Virus record (IMG/VR): IMGVR_UViG_3300000553_000030
Coordinates: 1,805-65,804 of that record
Source of the DNA: a virus
Lineage: Duplodnaviria; Caudoviricetes
Strand: one strand, 5' to 3'
DNA length: 64,000 bases
Shown: positions 29,236 through 39,324 of the stretch, one piece after another
Layout: each line of letters opens with the position of its first letter
How positions within the stretch are numbered: position 1 is the first letter of the stretch
Translations under genes and position numbers: made by a program
Notes under the pieces: generated by a model
What the model was told of the DNA's origin: nothing
Database searches by the model: none
Seen by the model: only the letters and a program-made list of their open reading frames with translations

Positions 29236-29840
29236 AGTTTATCCATTGCTGATTTAACGATATCACGAAGTTTTTCATCTTTCAACATTGCCATATAACT
29301 GTCACCATTATATGTTTGCCACTCAACTGCTACATCCGCATTTCTCTTTACAATTGGGTCATTAAATGTTTCATGTTCGTTTGCTGGTTCTGTGAAAATC
29401 CTGGTGATTCCTTTTAAGTCATATTTAGATACATGAATTAATTTACCACCCATAACAGTTTTAATCCATTCCACTTCATCACAAGGATAAATTGAATAAC
29501 GGATATCAGTAATAATATTAACATTTGCATCACTCTTATCCAAATCCTCTTTAAGCTTGGAAGTCCAATATTTACCTTCCGATTGTTTCCTTTTAACATC
29601 ACCATACCATACTAAAAATTCCCTAAATATGTTCTTTTCTTCGGTTTTCTCTGTCCAAATACTAAGTCCTAAATTTTTTTGAACAAACTCCTCACAATCT
29701 TTTTTTAATTGATATGCTAACGCAAATGTTTTAGTAGATATCCCCCTCTCTTTGTAAATATCACACATTATATCCGCAAACGAATTTTTTCCACTGCGAG
29801 CAACCCCGCTAATGCCTATATATTTTTTAGTTGTTATCAT
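29232..29840 (-). CDS. Deoxynucleoside monophosphate kinase (T4 gp1-like)
   Basis: IGISGVARSGKN P-loop, LAYQLK, REFLVWYGD.KR, IITDIRY...E. Confidence 0.8.
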   Translation of the reverse strand: MITTKKYIGISGVARSGKNSFADIMCDIYKERGISTKTFALAYQLKKDCEEFVQKNLGLSIWTEKTEEKNIFREFLVWYGDVKRKQSEGKYWTSKLKEDLDKSDANVNIITDIRYSIYPCDEVEWIKTVMGGKLIHVSKYDLKGITRIFTEPANEHETFNDPIVKRNADVAVEWQTYNGDSYMAMLKDEKLRDIVKSAMDKL

Positions 29841-30813
29841 ATATTCTTTCCAATTTCCAACCAACACTATTTTTGTTATATCGAATCATACCGATTGTTA
29901 TTTTAGTGTTATGTTTTTTGTTATAATCATCTATAAATTCTCTAAGTATTTTCCCACCTTTAATATTAATACTTTTCCCATCATATGTCAACTTATATAA
30001 AACTCTGTGTTGGTCGGCGATTTTTTCAATTACTTCGGGTGGATGAGATTTACCGTAAAATGGATTATTTTCTCCGTTAAAATTCGCATGATTATCTTTT
30101 AAACTCTTTCTCCATATATCAAAATCCATCCAATCCTTGTTATACATGTAATGAGTTTTACCTTTATTTTTATCACTGGTTTTTCTAGTATTACTAATAT
30201 TTTGTTTCCATTCTTCAGTCTTAACAATTCTAGACAACCGTTTCTTTCGTTCTTTTGTTAGTGTTATTCCTCTAACATACTTGTCTATCATTAATGCGTG
30301 GTTAATTCTAAGTTTTTTAAGTATTTCTTCTTTATTAGGATTATTGGTTAAATTATCCCCGCCTTCTCCACCGTGGCCGATATTACATAAGTTTGGATTT
30401 ATTAGTCTAATATCAGTTATTTCTTTGATTTCTCGTTTATATGCAGATGTTTCGTCTACATTTTCTAATATTTTTTTATATATGACGTTTCCATTTCTAT
30501 TTAAAATTTGTTTAATTTTATTAAACAAGTGTCTATTATTATTGGGTATTTTATTCTTTTTTACCAGTTGTTCATGTTTATACATTCTCCTACCAAACCC
30601 CTTTCCTACATAAAAAACAACGCCATTCATAGAATCAATTAGATGATAAACATAATATTTTTTTCTTTCTATAATAATAGTCGAGTCGTTCTTTATTAAG
30701 TTTGATTTTGTTTTTTTCGTAATATCTTCTTTGCCTTTCCCTGTGTTGTTTAGCAAGTTCTTCTTTGGTTCTGTTAAGTTTTTTTCTTCCCATAATGTTT
30801 CCATATCATTCAT
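29827..30813 (-). CDS. GIY-YIG-like endonuclease with NUMOD3 repeats
   Basis: YYVYHLID...FYVGKG...R...E...LCN...GGEG; GENNPFYGKSH. Confidence 0.8.
   Translation of the reverse strand: MNDMETLWEEKNLTEPKKNLLNNTGKGKEDITKKTKSNLIKNDSTIIIERKKYYVYHLIDSMNGVVFYVGKGFGRRMYKHEQLVKKNKIPNNNRHLFNKIKQILNRNGNVIYKKILENVDETSAYKREIKEITDIRLINPNLCNIGHGGEGGDNLTNNPNKEEILKKLRINHALMIDKYVRGITLTKERKKRLSRIVKTEEWKQNISNTRKTSDKNKGKTHYMYNKDWMDFDIWRKSLKDNHANFNGENNPFYGKSHPPEVIEKIADQHRVLYKLTYDGKSINIKGGKILREFIDDYNKKHNTKITIGMIRYNKNSVGWKLERIYDNN
30635..30793 (-). CDS. Small basic 'MGRK' protein (52 aa) nested out of frame in the GIY-YIG ORF
   Basis: Manual translation MGRKKLNRTKEELAKQHRERQRRYYEKNKIKLNKERLDYYYRKKKILCLSSN*. Confidence 0.7.
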   Translation of the reverse strand: MGRKKLNRTKEELAKQHRERQRRYYEKNKIKLNKERLDYYYRKKKILCLSSN

Positions 30814-30868
30814 ATTTTATTCCTATACATATAAATATTAAGTCACGGAATAAAACGTCACGAAAATG

Positions 30869-31141
30869 TCAATTATTTTTTTGTAATTTATATCCTACCA
30901 CTTCATTATTTTTATTATATTTAAATGTATATTTATCACCGTCGCTTAAAAAGTCAGTGGCGCTAGATGAAAATGGAATACATTCTCCGGGATGATGCTT
31001 TCTTAATTTTTTCAATACATTATCCATGTCTTTTATTGGATTTCCTGTGTTTGATTTGTACAATTGATTTCCATTATCAAACACATATACACCGGCATAA
31101 GTTTCTGGTTTAAATTCTTCATAATCCACACATATCATCAT
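30869..31141 (-). CDS. Hypothetical protein
   Basis: 90-aa ORF. Confidence 0.55.
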   Translation of the reverse strand: MMICVDYEEFKPETYAGVYVFDNGNQLYKSNTGNPIKDMDNVLKKLRKHHPGECIPFSSSATDFLSDGDKYTFKYNKNNEVVGYKLQKNN

Positions 31142-31144
31142 AAA

Positions 31145-31774
31145 TTATCTCCCAATTTTCTTCATCAAATTATCCAAACATTTTTTATAGTCTAACATAT
31201 TTTCACTTTTAGGTGTAGTGCCGTAATATCCTTTAGGCATTACAAAATATGGTTCCATTTTATCAATATATTGATCAAATTCATCATAATGAAACATATA
31301 TTCCCAATCAGGAATTCCTATAAGACAATGGCAGTTTGGTATCATTGCCTTAACATAAACAGTCTCTCTATTTTTTATTTCAAATGTTGTATCTTCTCTG
31401 TGATGTTGAAATTTACCAAACAAATCTCTATCATTAATTTCTTTTCTAATTCGTTGCATAATACCCTTTGCGGTTTCATTGTTACAACAAACAATAATGC
31501 TCTTTTTGTCATTTACAAGTCTATCCAATACATTATTAATTAATTTAGTAGTTTTTCCACTTCTCCGAGGACCAATATCTACAACGATATTACGAGTATT
31601 ACTTGATTTAGATGCTATTTTCAGAGAAATCATATTTTCTAAATCTGTATATAGTTCATAAGCAGCATCCATTGTCAAGATAATATTTTTATCATTGTGC
31701 TTATTAATCATAAAATTTTCACCGTTCTTACAACACACAATATCTGACTTTTCTAAAATAATATATTCTTTCAT
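31145..31774 (-). CDS. P-loop-containing hypothetical protein
   Basis: GPRRSGKTT Walker A and HYDEFD Walker-B-like motif. Confidence 0.6.
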   Translation of the reverse strand: MKEYIILEKSDIVCCKNGENFMINKHNDKNIILTMDAAYELYTDLENMISLKIASKSSNTRNIVVDIGPRRSGKTTKLINNVLDRLVNDKKSIIVCCNNETAKGIMQRIRKEINDRDLFGKFQHHREDTTFEIKNRETVYVKAMIPNCHCLIGIPDWEYMFHYDEFDQYIDKMEPYFVMPKGYYGTTPKSENMLDYKKCLDNLMKKIGR

Positions 31775-31776
31775 AT

Positions 31777-32268
31777 TTAATCCTTTATAATAACCAATTT
31801 ATCTGTTTCCTTGTCTGTAAGACCATAATTTTTACATATAGATTTTAATTCCTCTATTCCACCATCAATGGAATACAAAATCCTACAATATTCATCGGCA
31901 ATTCTAGTTCCAACGTCAAATTTCTTACAAACATATTCTAACAAATCACTATTGATTTTTACACCTTTACGTTTGATATATGGGAAGAATGCTCTGCCGC
32001 CTTTAGGCACTATCTTGCAGCACAACTTGTAAAACGAATTCGAGTCCATTTTATTAAAATACTTAGAGATTATAGTCATTTCTTCGATTATAGACTGGTC
32101 CATGCTCAAACATCGACAAATCATATAATGATTAAATGATTTCAATTCTCCATCAGTAAGCGTTGACATATAATCATCGCTCTTTTCCTGTCGGATATGA
32201 TTAACGTGGTCGAACAGACTTCGTTGCTTTATCGAGCTTGTTTTCTTGGACTTTGGCATGTCGTTCAA
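31777..32268 (-). CDS. Clamp-loader small subunit-like (T4 gp62-like)
   Basis: LFDHVNHI, FNHYMICRCLS, VPKG..FFPYIK pattern. Confidence 0.6.
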   Translation of the reverse strand: MNDMPKSKKTSSIKQRSLFDHVNHIRQEKSDDYMSTLTDGELKSFNHYMICRCLSMDQSIIEEMTIISKYFNKMDSNSFYKLCCKIVPKGGRAFFPYIKRKGVKINSDLLEYVCKKFDVGTRIADEYCRILYSIDGGIEELKSICKNYGLTDKETDKLVIIKD

Positions 32269-32533
32269 TGTCTTTCTTAATAGCAGTAATATTAGAGTCT
32301 AACATCTTTTGATTTTTATTCAAGTCAAAAATGTTTTCATCATTAATATCAAAGTATTTGTTGATTTCCTTTGCGTAATGTTCAAAATCACTTCTAACAA
32401 AAAGTACAGCAAACCATGTTACAAATATTGATAATGGTATCGTAGGAGGATACTTGTAATTGAGGAACACCATCAATATTGGAATGCCGAATACAAAGAA
32501 CCACTTAACCATTCTTATCAATATCAGATTCAT
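32201..32533 (-). CDS. Hypothetical membrane protein
   Basis: Two N-terminal hydrophobic segments. Confidence 0.5.
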   Translation of the reverse strand: MNLILIRMVKWFFVFGIPILMVFLNYKYPPTIPLSIFVTWFAVLFVRSDFEHYAKEINKYFDINDENIFDLNKNQKMLDSNITAIKKDIERHAKVQENKLDKATKSVRPR

Positions 32534-32688
32534 CTGTCTCCGTTGGTTTTAATGTCGTAACTTTGTGTTTGTCAAAGAATTTCTTCAATTTCTTGGACTT
32601 ATTGATTTCATCTCTCTTGATTTTCCGAAAATTGTTGTTATCGGAACCTCGTCTGAATGTTTTTTCCATTATTATACCTTAAAATTTT

Positions 32689-32718
32689 GATATGGGAGAT
32701 TATTAGTCTCCCAATATC
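32689..32718 (-). terminator. Putative terminator hairpin
   Basis: GATAT-GGGAGAT-tatt-AGTCTCCC-AATATC downstream of ORF 32734. Confidence 0.45.
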
Positions 32719-32733
32719 ATTAAGTTTCCACAA

Positions 32734-32946
32734 TTAAGCGGAAAGCTTCGTAGCCTTGTCCAACACTGAACGAAGAATGCGAACTTGACGACCATTCAAA
32801 TCTACACGCGAACCATCGGTAGAACGAATTGTCAACTTTGTTGCTTTCTTTGCTCCCTTAAATGGGGTAGAGATAAATGTTTCCACATTACCATAAACCT
32901 CATATAAGAAGTGGGTACGATTCTTGTTGTTTTTTCTAATAACCAT
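32734..32946 (-). CDS. Basic hypothetical protein
   Basis: MVIRKNNKNRT...LNGRQVRILRSVL; upstream TTGACA-17-TAATGT promoter. Confidence 0.6.
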   Translation of the reverse strand: MVIRKNNKNRTHFLYEVYGNVETFISTPFKGAKKATKLTIRSTDGSRVDLNGRQVRILRSVLDKATKLSA

Positions 32947-33034
32947 ATTATTTCCTTTTTCCTTTTTCCTTTTACAGTATTTATTACTGTAGATATACAT
33001 TATACCAAAACCATTATGATGTCAACCAATTTAA

Positions 33035-33277
33035 TTATTTTAATTTCTTCCTTAATAAGAGTTTAAAATCTATTTTCAGCTTCTGTCTAAAATCATCATT
33101 GTCGCCAATTTTTTCTGCTTTCTTAATTTCCCATCTTTCTATGATATCATGGGGATTTTTCAATGCCTTTGTATCAATGTATTCGATAGGAATATCCATA
33201 TTTTTAATAGAATCCACGGAATCATAGCGTAGATGATTTTTCTTCGTCTTTGTTAAATATAAAATTACCTGTTTCAT
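33035..33277 (-). CDS. Hypothetical protein
   Basis: 80-aa ORF in tight operon. Confidence 0.5.
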   Translation of the reverse strand: MKQVILYLTKTKKNHLRYDSVDSIKNMDIPIEYIDTKALKNPHDIIERWEIKKAEKIGDNDDFRQKLKIDFKLLLRKKLK

Positions 33278-33278
33278 A

Positions 33279-33509
33279 TTACTTATTATTTCTAATTAAA
33301 TTGGATAGTGCTATTGCCAACTGTTCTCTAAGCCAAAGTGCCTCGGCGGCCGTAAAGTCTTCATCACAATCTCTACCAGTATCTATCCTAAATGTTTGGT
33401 TGCCGATGGTTATACCAACAGACATTACTCGTTGTTTTCCTGTCTTTTTCGGCGGATACATCCATGTATTTTCTTTAAATACCTTATCAAATAGCTTTCC
33501 CGTCTTCAT
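33279..33509 (-). CDS. Hypothetical protein
   Basis: 76-aa ORF in tight operon. Confidence 0.5.
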   Translation of the reverse strand: MKTGKLFDKVFKENTWMYPPKKTGKQRVMSVGITIGNQTFRIDTGRDCDEDFTAAEALWLREQLAIALSNLIRNNK

Positions 33510-33718
33510 TTTATCTTCTCAAATTCAAGTGAAATGCTACCCTTCAAATACGTCACCTTTTTTATAATCCACTGCTCATCAATATCATTCACTCTCTGTA
33601 ATGGTAATGTGGTGCAATCGAACGGTTCCTGAAGGTCCATAAGATCGGCCAGCGTTGAATAAATAATATAACACTTTTTCTTTTTATCCAGAAAAAGCAC
33701 TATCTTCTTGTCGTCCAT
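33506..33718 (-). CDS. Hypothetical protein
   Basis: 70-aa ORF in tight operon. Confidence 0.5.
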   Translation of the reverse strand: MDDKKIVLFLDKKKKCYIIYSTLADLMDLQEPFDCTTLPLQRVNDIDEQWIIKKVTYLKGSISLEFEKIK

Positions 33719-33719
33719 A

Positions 33720-33944
33720 TTAATCTTCTATATATAGAACTTCTACCAATTCCATATTATTAACCATTTTAATCTCGTCATTGACAGATAATGCACTACC
33801 AGACCCATAATCTGAGACAACAAATCCCGGATATACATTTTTAGTATATTGGTGTTCGTCCAGAATAAATACCGTTCCATATGGTAAACTACCAAAATTT
33901 GCTATTGTATTCATAATTATAATAGAGGCGTGTTTTATTTCCAC
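33720..33944 (-). CDS. Hypothetical protein
   Basis: 74-aa ORF with GTG start after GGGGT. Confidence 0.45.
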   Translation of the reverse strand: MEIKHASIIIMNTIANFGSLPYGTVFILDEHQYTKNVYPGFVVSDYGSGSALSVNDEIKMVNNMELVEVLYIED

Positions 33945-33969
33945 ACCCCTATTTTAGTTACCTTATCGT

Positions 33970-34371
33970 TTAGACCGTTACTTTAGTTGCCTTTTCCAAT
34001 GCAGCATCAACCGCTTCGATGGTCTTGACTGTTTCTGGCTTGGTTCCATTAACTGTGGCAACCTTTACAGAATTAAAAGATTCGTCAAGAGTGACACCGG
34101 CAGTTCGAGCAGATTCAAGCACAGCATCAGTTACAGGAGCACATGTAAAAACCAAGTTTGGTCGTCCCTTGCTCGCCTTCAATGCTCCGAGTTGGACAAT
34201 GGTCTTATCTTCAATCGCATTGTTCAATCGAACACGAAGTGTGATTTCAATAAACCCCGCATTTTGCTGCCACAATTGCTTAATTGTAAAATATCCTGTG
34301 GGCCATGTCACTGTCTGTTTAGTGCGATTCTTCCGTCCGGTCTTTTTCGTTGTATCTTTTGTATTTGTCAT
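33970..34371 (-). CDS. Putative DNA-binding (winged-helix-like) protein
   Basis: FTIKQL...ITLRVRLNNAIE...KGRPNLVF; fold call is inference. Confidence 0.5.
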   Translation of the reverse strand: MTNTKDTTKKTGRKNRTKQTVTWPTGYFTIKQLWQQNAGFIEITLRVRLNNAIEDKTIVQLGALKASKGRPNLVFTCAPVTDAVLESARTAGVTLDESFNSVKVATVNGTKPETVKTIEAVDAALEKATKVTV

Positions 34372-34400
34372 TTTATTTATATATTTCCTTTATATTAATC

Positions 34401-34429
34401 AGTATAATACAAACATATAAAATTGTCAA
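34401..34429 (-). promoter_or_regulatory. Sigma70-type promoter
   Basis: TTGACA-17nt-TATACT upstream of ORF 34371. Confidence 0.7.
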
Positions 34430-34457
34430 CAACTATTTTTAAAACACAAAAATTTTG

Positions 34458-35103
34458 TTAAACATTGCCAGGATTTGGCTTTAACTTGATACTGTTAAAC
34501 AGCTTAGATGCAGCAGTATACGTTTTTAATGAGGTGGGATCGGTTTTGTCGGGGAGTAAATCGTTTGCTGTAATTTTTTGATTCATTACGATGGTTCTAA
34601 TATCTTCGCGTTCTTTATCAAACATTCTGGAAATATTGGACCATTCTGTGTTTCCAGTCCTTTCCTGTCTAGCATGAAACGCTGCGATTTTATCTTTCAT
34701 AGTAGATGATGGTCCAGATGGTAATGGTTCAGACTGAACACGCAAATATTCATCATGTTCTTTTTTATATGTCGTTGATTTTGCCAAATCTTCTTTTTTT
34801 TGAATTATTCCAAGTTTTGTCCATAATATCCTTTGAAATAAATATGTATCTACCAAATTAAATAAATCTTGTAATGGACGTTCTTCATAATTTCGTGTCA
34901 TCCCATACACGTTGCCAAAAATATAAATTAATATATGAAGTTTTGTCTTGAAAATCTTTTAAAGTAAGTCCGACAAACTTTTTAAGGAAATCTTGAAATG
35001 TCGAGGACTTCTCAACTTGCATAAGTCCCATGTCAGCAGCCTCTTGTAAAAGTTGATAGGAAACTATTTCTTTAATTAATAGTTTTAACTCCGATTTCTT
35101 CAT
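34458..35103 (-). CDS. MKKSELK-motif protein apparently broken by a +1 frameshift near 34885-34910
   Basis: ORFs 34885-35103 and 34458-34910 overlap; internal repeat YFWQRVWDDTKL / YLFQRILWTKL spans both. Confidence 0.45.
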
Positions 35104-35104
35104 G

Positions 35105-36250
35105 TTAAGACTTTAATTTCTTGCCTTTCAACTTTTCAACATGGGGAGTTTTGGCTTTCTTACCAATTTTATTTTCGGATTTACTTGGGTATTCATATTT
35201 TGCCTTTTCCCCCTTGATATTATGGTCAATCTGCTTTTTAATGGTTTTAACCGGTGCCATTGGTTTATCTGGTTGGTCATCTTCGGTCAACACTGCCTTT
35301 TCATTGAAATCTTTGTTTTCGTTTTTTGTGTCCCCAACCTTTTTTGGTGTCAACCCGTTTGTATTATTGGGCAAATCAGCTACTTTCTTAACCTGATCTT
35401 TCTGATTTTCTGCATTTTTGTTGAATGCATTTAATACATAAGCACCTTCGTTTGTGAGCTTTGCTTTAACGTATTCTTTTAATTCCTTTTTATCCAAGTT
35501 GAACTTTTTTTCCCTGTCGGCTTTATTTTTGATATAAACCACATCAAAGGAGCCTTCCCACATAGGGCGAATGTCAAAATGGTGATTGCCACAATTTTCG
35601 ACGAAGAAATTTCCACGAGGAGTTGCCACCATTTCAGCCGATTTGCTATGTTTCTGGACTTCTTTAAGCAATTCTTCCATAATTTCTGTGGTTTCTTCTT
35701 CCTTTTCAATTTTAACCTCTTCCAACGATTCTTTAATCAGATTTCGCAATGAACGTTTAATCTTTTCAGTGAGTTCTGCTGTTGTGGGTTCTGTGGGTTC
35801 TTCTGTTCGTTCAGGTCGAGCATATCTTGCAATGCCTTTAAGTGGGGCGGAAACAACTGTTGATGCGACTGGATCATTGCCAAGTTTTGCAGAAATCAAG
35901 TCTCGAATAAAAACATCCTTATCCCCGATCTGTTTAATTATTGGGTTGGCATTCATAAATGTCACAGCATTTGATTTTCCGATATTCATGAACATTTTCT
36001 TCATTCTACTAAACAATACATCAGAAACCATTACCGGTCTGCTTTGATCTTCCTTATCTTCCGCAGCGTCCGCCAGCTCAGAACTTTCGATCTTTTCCCC
36101 AGCATTGTAGTCATTTACTATACTAGTGATAGAATTTACAACCACTTTTCTGGCAGTTTGGTCCTCATTTGGGTCTGCATTTGGGTTCGCTTTAGTGCGA
36201 TATTCGTTCATACATTCTTTGATAATGTTAATAAGTTCGGTTTTCTTCAT
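35105..36250 (-). CDS. Charged hypothetical protein, putative head-internal protein
   Basis: MKKTELINIIKECMNE N-terminus and internal LRNLIKESLEE; TATTTAT upstream. Confidence 0.6.
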   Translation of the reverse strand: MKKTELINIIKECMNEYRTKANPNADPNEDQTARKVVVNSITSIVNDYNAGEKIESSELADAAEDKEDQSRPVMVSDVLFSRMKKMFMNIGKSNAVTFMNANPIIKQIGDKDVFIRDLISAKLGNDPVASTVVSAPLKGIARYARPERTEEPTEPTTAELTEKIKRSLRNLIKESLEEVKIEKEEETTEIMEELLKEVQKHSKSAEMVATPRGNFFVENCGNHHFDIRPMWEGSFDVVYIKNKADREKKFNLDKKELKEYVKAKLTNEGAYVLNAFNKNAENQKDQVKKVADLPNNTNGLTPKKVGDTKNENKDFNEKAVLTEDDQPDKPMAPVKTIKKQIDHNIKGEKAKYEYPSKSENKIGKKAKTPHVEKLKGKKLKS

Positions 36251-36326
36251 AATTTGTTCCTAAAAATGGTTAGTCAAGTATAAATATTATACAAACTAGC
36301 AAATGTATTGATTATTTTGGACTAAT

Positions 36327-38684
36327 TTAGGAGCACTTAGAGTATCCGCACGTTGGAGATGAACATTTAGCACACCCCTCTATTCTAATAAGCTTACTAT
36401 TACATACTGGACACGTTTCACCACTAATAAGAGTATTATCTTTAATATATTTTTTAAGTGTTCTAGCTAATACTTTACTAAATGATGTCATTGGCCCACT
36501 AGTTTTTTCGATCTGATGAACTGCGTGTTCAATTCCACCACCATGCCGTAATCCCCATGACAAGCTTCTAGTAATAACATCAGCAGAATCATCACTATGT
36601 CCATTGGTTAATGAAAACTTCTCTTTATCCTCGCCAATAAATATATAATCACCACGAGACATTTTTCTAATTATACCCTTCTCCGGTTCGGTGAAAACTT
36701 CATCCTTCTTACCTTCATTGAACCCAGTGAATACTTCATATGGATTTCCTTCATCATCTACCCCAATAGCAGTATAATACTTGTGTTTACCAATTGTAAA
36801 CAAATGCAACTCACCATTTACATCTTTTGGACGCTTAATAGCTTGTGTCTTGGATATAACGAATTTATTTTTGGTTTCATGAACTAAGATTCCCTTGCGA
36901 CTACCATCACGATATACAGTAACACCAATAATACCAAGCTCTTGTGCCTTTAAGAATACGTCGCCCAATTCTTTTTCAGAACAATCGTTTGGCAAATTAA
37001 TAGTTTTGCTTACTGATAAACTTATATTATTAGCAACTTCGGCTAATACTTTTAAATGCCCCATCGGAGTAATATCTCCAGCGACTTTAAATGCAACTTG
37101 TTCTTCCTTTGTTAAGAACGGACAACCCTGACAACTACCATTATGAGAGGCAACATAGTGATAAATAATATCTTTATCTTTCTGATAAGTTGTCTCAACA
37201 AATTCTTCAAACACAGGATCAACTATATAAACGTGTTCGTATGTCTTATTTTCTTTTTCAATCTTTCTGGTAAATACCAACCCAAACACCGGCTCAATTC
37301 CGCTCGATGTATCGGCAATATAACTAATTGTTCCGGTTGGAGCAATTGATGTAAAGCAACTGTTATGAACACCATATTTTTTAATGTCTGCTTTCAGTTG
37401 AACAATATCAATCCCCATGAATGTATCTTCGGTAAAAAATCTCTTGTTTGCATCCATGAATACATCATGATTATAATATTTGTAAGTCTTACCAAGTTTC
37501 TTTGCTAATTGCATACTTCTACGCATTGAAACTAAAGTAATAAATTTGCTAATATTTCGTGTTAATTCACAGGCTTTATCCGAATCATAACATATCCCCA
37601 ATTTGAAAAACGTATGAGCCAATCCCATCATCCCCAATCCAATCGGTCTAACCGCATGCGTTTCATCATGAATTTTTTGAACGGGGTAGCTATTATTATC
37701 AATGATTCCATTTAGATAGATTGTTGCTTCTTCTGTAATGGTTTCTAATCTTTTCCAATTAATATCTTTTTTATCTAAGTCTACAAGGTGGGATAGATTA
37801 ATAGAACCAAGATTACAACTTGTATATGGAATGTGTACATATTCGCTGCACGGATTGGAATAGACTTCGTCCGTTATATGTTTACATGTGCATCTTTCAA
37901 CCGCTAATTCACCATTAAAGATTCCGGGTTCAGCGAAGTCCCATGCGTTATGAATAATTTTATCCCATAACATTTTATATGTATATTCAGTTCCAGCGTC
38001 ATCTTTAAGAACGTTTTCCTTACCATCCACAACATTTCTTGTTTTAAATATTCTGTCGGGGGTTTTCTTTAGTACTTCATAAAACTTTTTGTCCGGTCTA
38101 ACTGAAAAATTACTGCGACTGTACTTCTCATCGGAGTCATCATCACGTTTCTTCTTTTTGGTCAGTGCCTTTGCTTCAATAAATTTTAGGATATCCGGGT
38201 GATATATAGACAGCATACTCATTCCAGCACCACGACGCTTACCGCCTTGTCTAACACCATCCAATACTGCATCAAAAATTCCAATGAAGGACATCACCCC
38301 ACCTGAGTTTGCGCTTATGGATTTTACATTTTCATTGGAACCACGAAGTTTAGACCAATCATAACCAACTCCTCCGGCGGCCTTTGTAACTAGTGCTGCT
38401 TCGTGCATCGATTCCATAATGTCATCAATACTATCCTTCACTCCCAAAATGAAACACGATGAGAGGGTTCCGTTTCTCTCGCCTTTTGTATTTAAATTCA
38501 TTATTGTTGGTGTACTTGGGATGAATGTTCTTGATTGGATATAATCATACATTGGTAAGTGTATTTCTGACAACCGTTTAGAGATTTGATCCCAGCTTGC
38601 TTCTTGTTTTAGGTAATATCTCTCTGTTAAAATGTTTTCAATGTGTGGTTTTAATTTCGTAACTGCTTCAATTTTTTCTGTCAT
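36327..38684 (-). CDS. nrdJ: Class II (B12-dependent) ribonucleotide reductase
   Basis: PSTP, LSSCF, RQGGKRRGA, NPCSE, CNLGSINL, IAPTGTIS, SKTINLP, TVYRDGSR, C-terminal CPVC...EGC...CGYSKC; no beta subunit nearby. Confidence 0.88.
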   Translation of the reverse strand: MTEKIEAVTKLKPHIENILTERYYLKQEASWDQISKRLSEIHLPMYDYIQSRTFIPSTPTIMNLNTKGERNGTLSSCFILGVKDSIDDIMESMHEAALVTKAAGGVGYDWSKLRGSNENVKSISANSGGVMSFIGIFDAVLDGVRQGGKRRGAGMSMLSIYHPDILKFIEAKALTKKKKRDDDSDEKYSRSNFSVRPDKKFYEVLKKTPDRIFKTRNVVDGKENVLKDDAGTEYTYKMLWDKIIHNAWDFAEPGIFNGELAVERCTCKHITDEVYSNPCSEYVHIPYTSCNLGSINLSHLVDLDKKDINWKRLETITEEATIYLNGIIDNNSYPVQKIHDETHAVRPIGLGMMGLAHTFFKLGICYDSDKACELTRNISKFITLVSMRRSMQLAKKLGKTYKYYNHDVFMDANKRFFTEDTFMGIDIVQLKADIKKYGVHNSCFTSIAPTGTISYIADTSSGIEPVFGLVFTRKIEKENKTYEHVYIVDPVFEEFVETTYQKDKDIIYHYVASHNGSCQGCPFLTKEEQVAFKVAGDITPMGHLKVLAEVANNISLSVSKTINLPNDCSEKELGDVFLKAQELGIIGVTVYRDGSRKGILVHETKNKFVISKTQAIKRPKDVNGELHLFTIGKHKYYTAIGVDDEGNPYEVFTGFNEGKKDEVFTEPEKGIIRKMSRGDYIFIGEDKEKFSLTNGHSDDSADVITRSLSWGLRHGGGIEHAVHQIEKTSGPMTSFSKVLARTLKKYIKDNTLISGETCPVCNSKLIRIEGCAKCSSPTCGYSKCS

Positions 38685-38797
38685 ATGTGGAAACTCCGTT
38701 GTAGGAATAATTATGTTTCCGTTTCATCAAACCTTTGTTTTTACAGAAATATTCATAAATTTTTTATGTATGTTTTCGTATTGTGTTTACTATAAAA

Positions 38798-39265
38798 TTA
38801 TTCGTCATCATCCATGTGTTTTTTCCATTTATTACTGAGCAATTTCTTCACAATGTTTTCACTATCACCCATTTGCCCCATGATACCAACACCCTCTTGT
38901 GATTTTTCATCAAATAACTGAATATCTCCACAACCAGCATTCATTTTACTGGGGAATGTAATACCATCTGGACCAAATCGGTTTTTAATAATGTGAAATC
39001 TTGCGGTATTGCTGACTTTATCAGTAACTTTTCTGCTCAATGATAATACAAAGTCTGCCGTCATAATTTTTCGATAGCTATCTGCAATACCATCGGCCTG
39101 AATAATATCATCATCCATAGCGGAATTGTGCGTGTAAATGTCATTAGCGAAAAACATATGAGTATCATCTACTGTAATGTCTATGGTTTCTTTGTCTCCA
39201 ATACATTCTATGCTTACTATTTCATCTAATTTAAAATCGTTTGGGTTAAGATTGTGTTCTTTCAT
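38798..39265 (-). CDS. Split intein C-half (47 aa) plus helicase C-terminal extein
   Basis: DEIVSIE...TIDITVDDTHMFFANDIYTHN|SAMDD...IADS...TADF...KNRFG. Confidence 0.9.
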   Translation of the reverse strand: MKEHNLNPNDFKLDEIVSIECIGDKETIDITVDDTHMFFANDIYTHNSAMDDDIIQADGIADSYRKIMTADFVLSLSRKVTDKVSNTARFHIIKNRFGPDGITFPSKMNAGCGDIQLFDEKSQEGVGIMGQMGDSENIVKKLLSNKWKKHMDDDE

Positions 39266-39324
39266 ATTATATTTTCCTCTGTGTTGTTTAAAAGTTTGCC
39301 AAGTTCCAAGTCATAATGGAGACT

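Noticed and set aside
36327-38684. Intein or split in nrdJ
   Set aside because: The ORF is continuous with no intein blocks, despite RNR being a common target.
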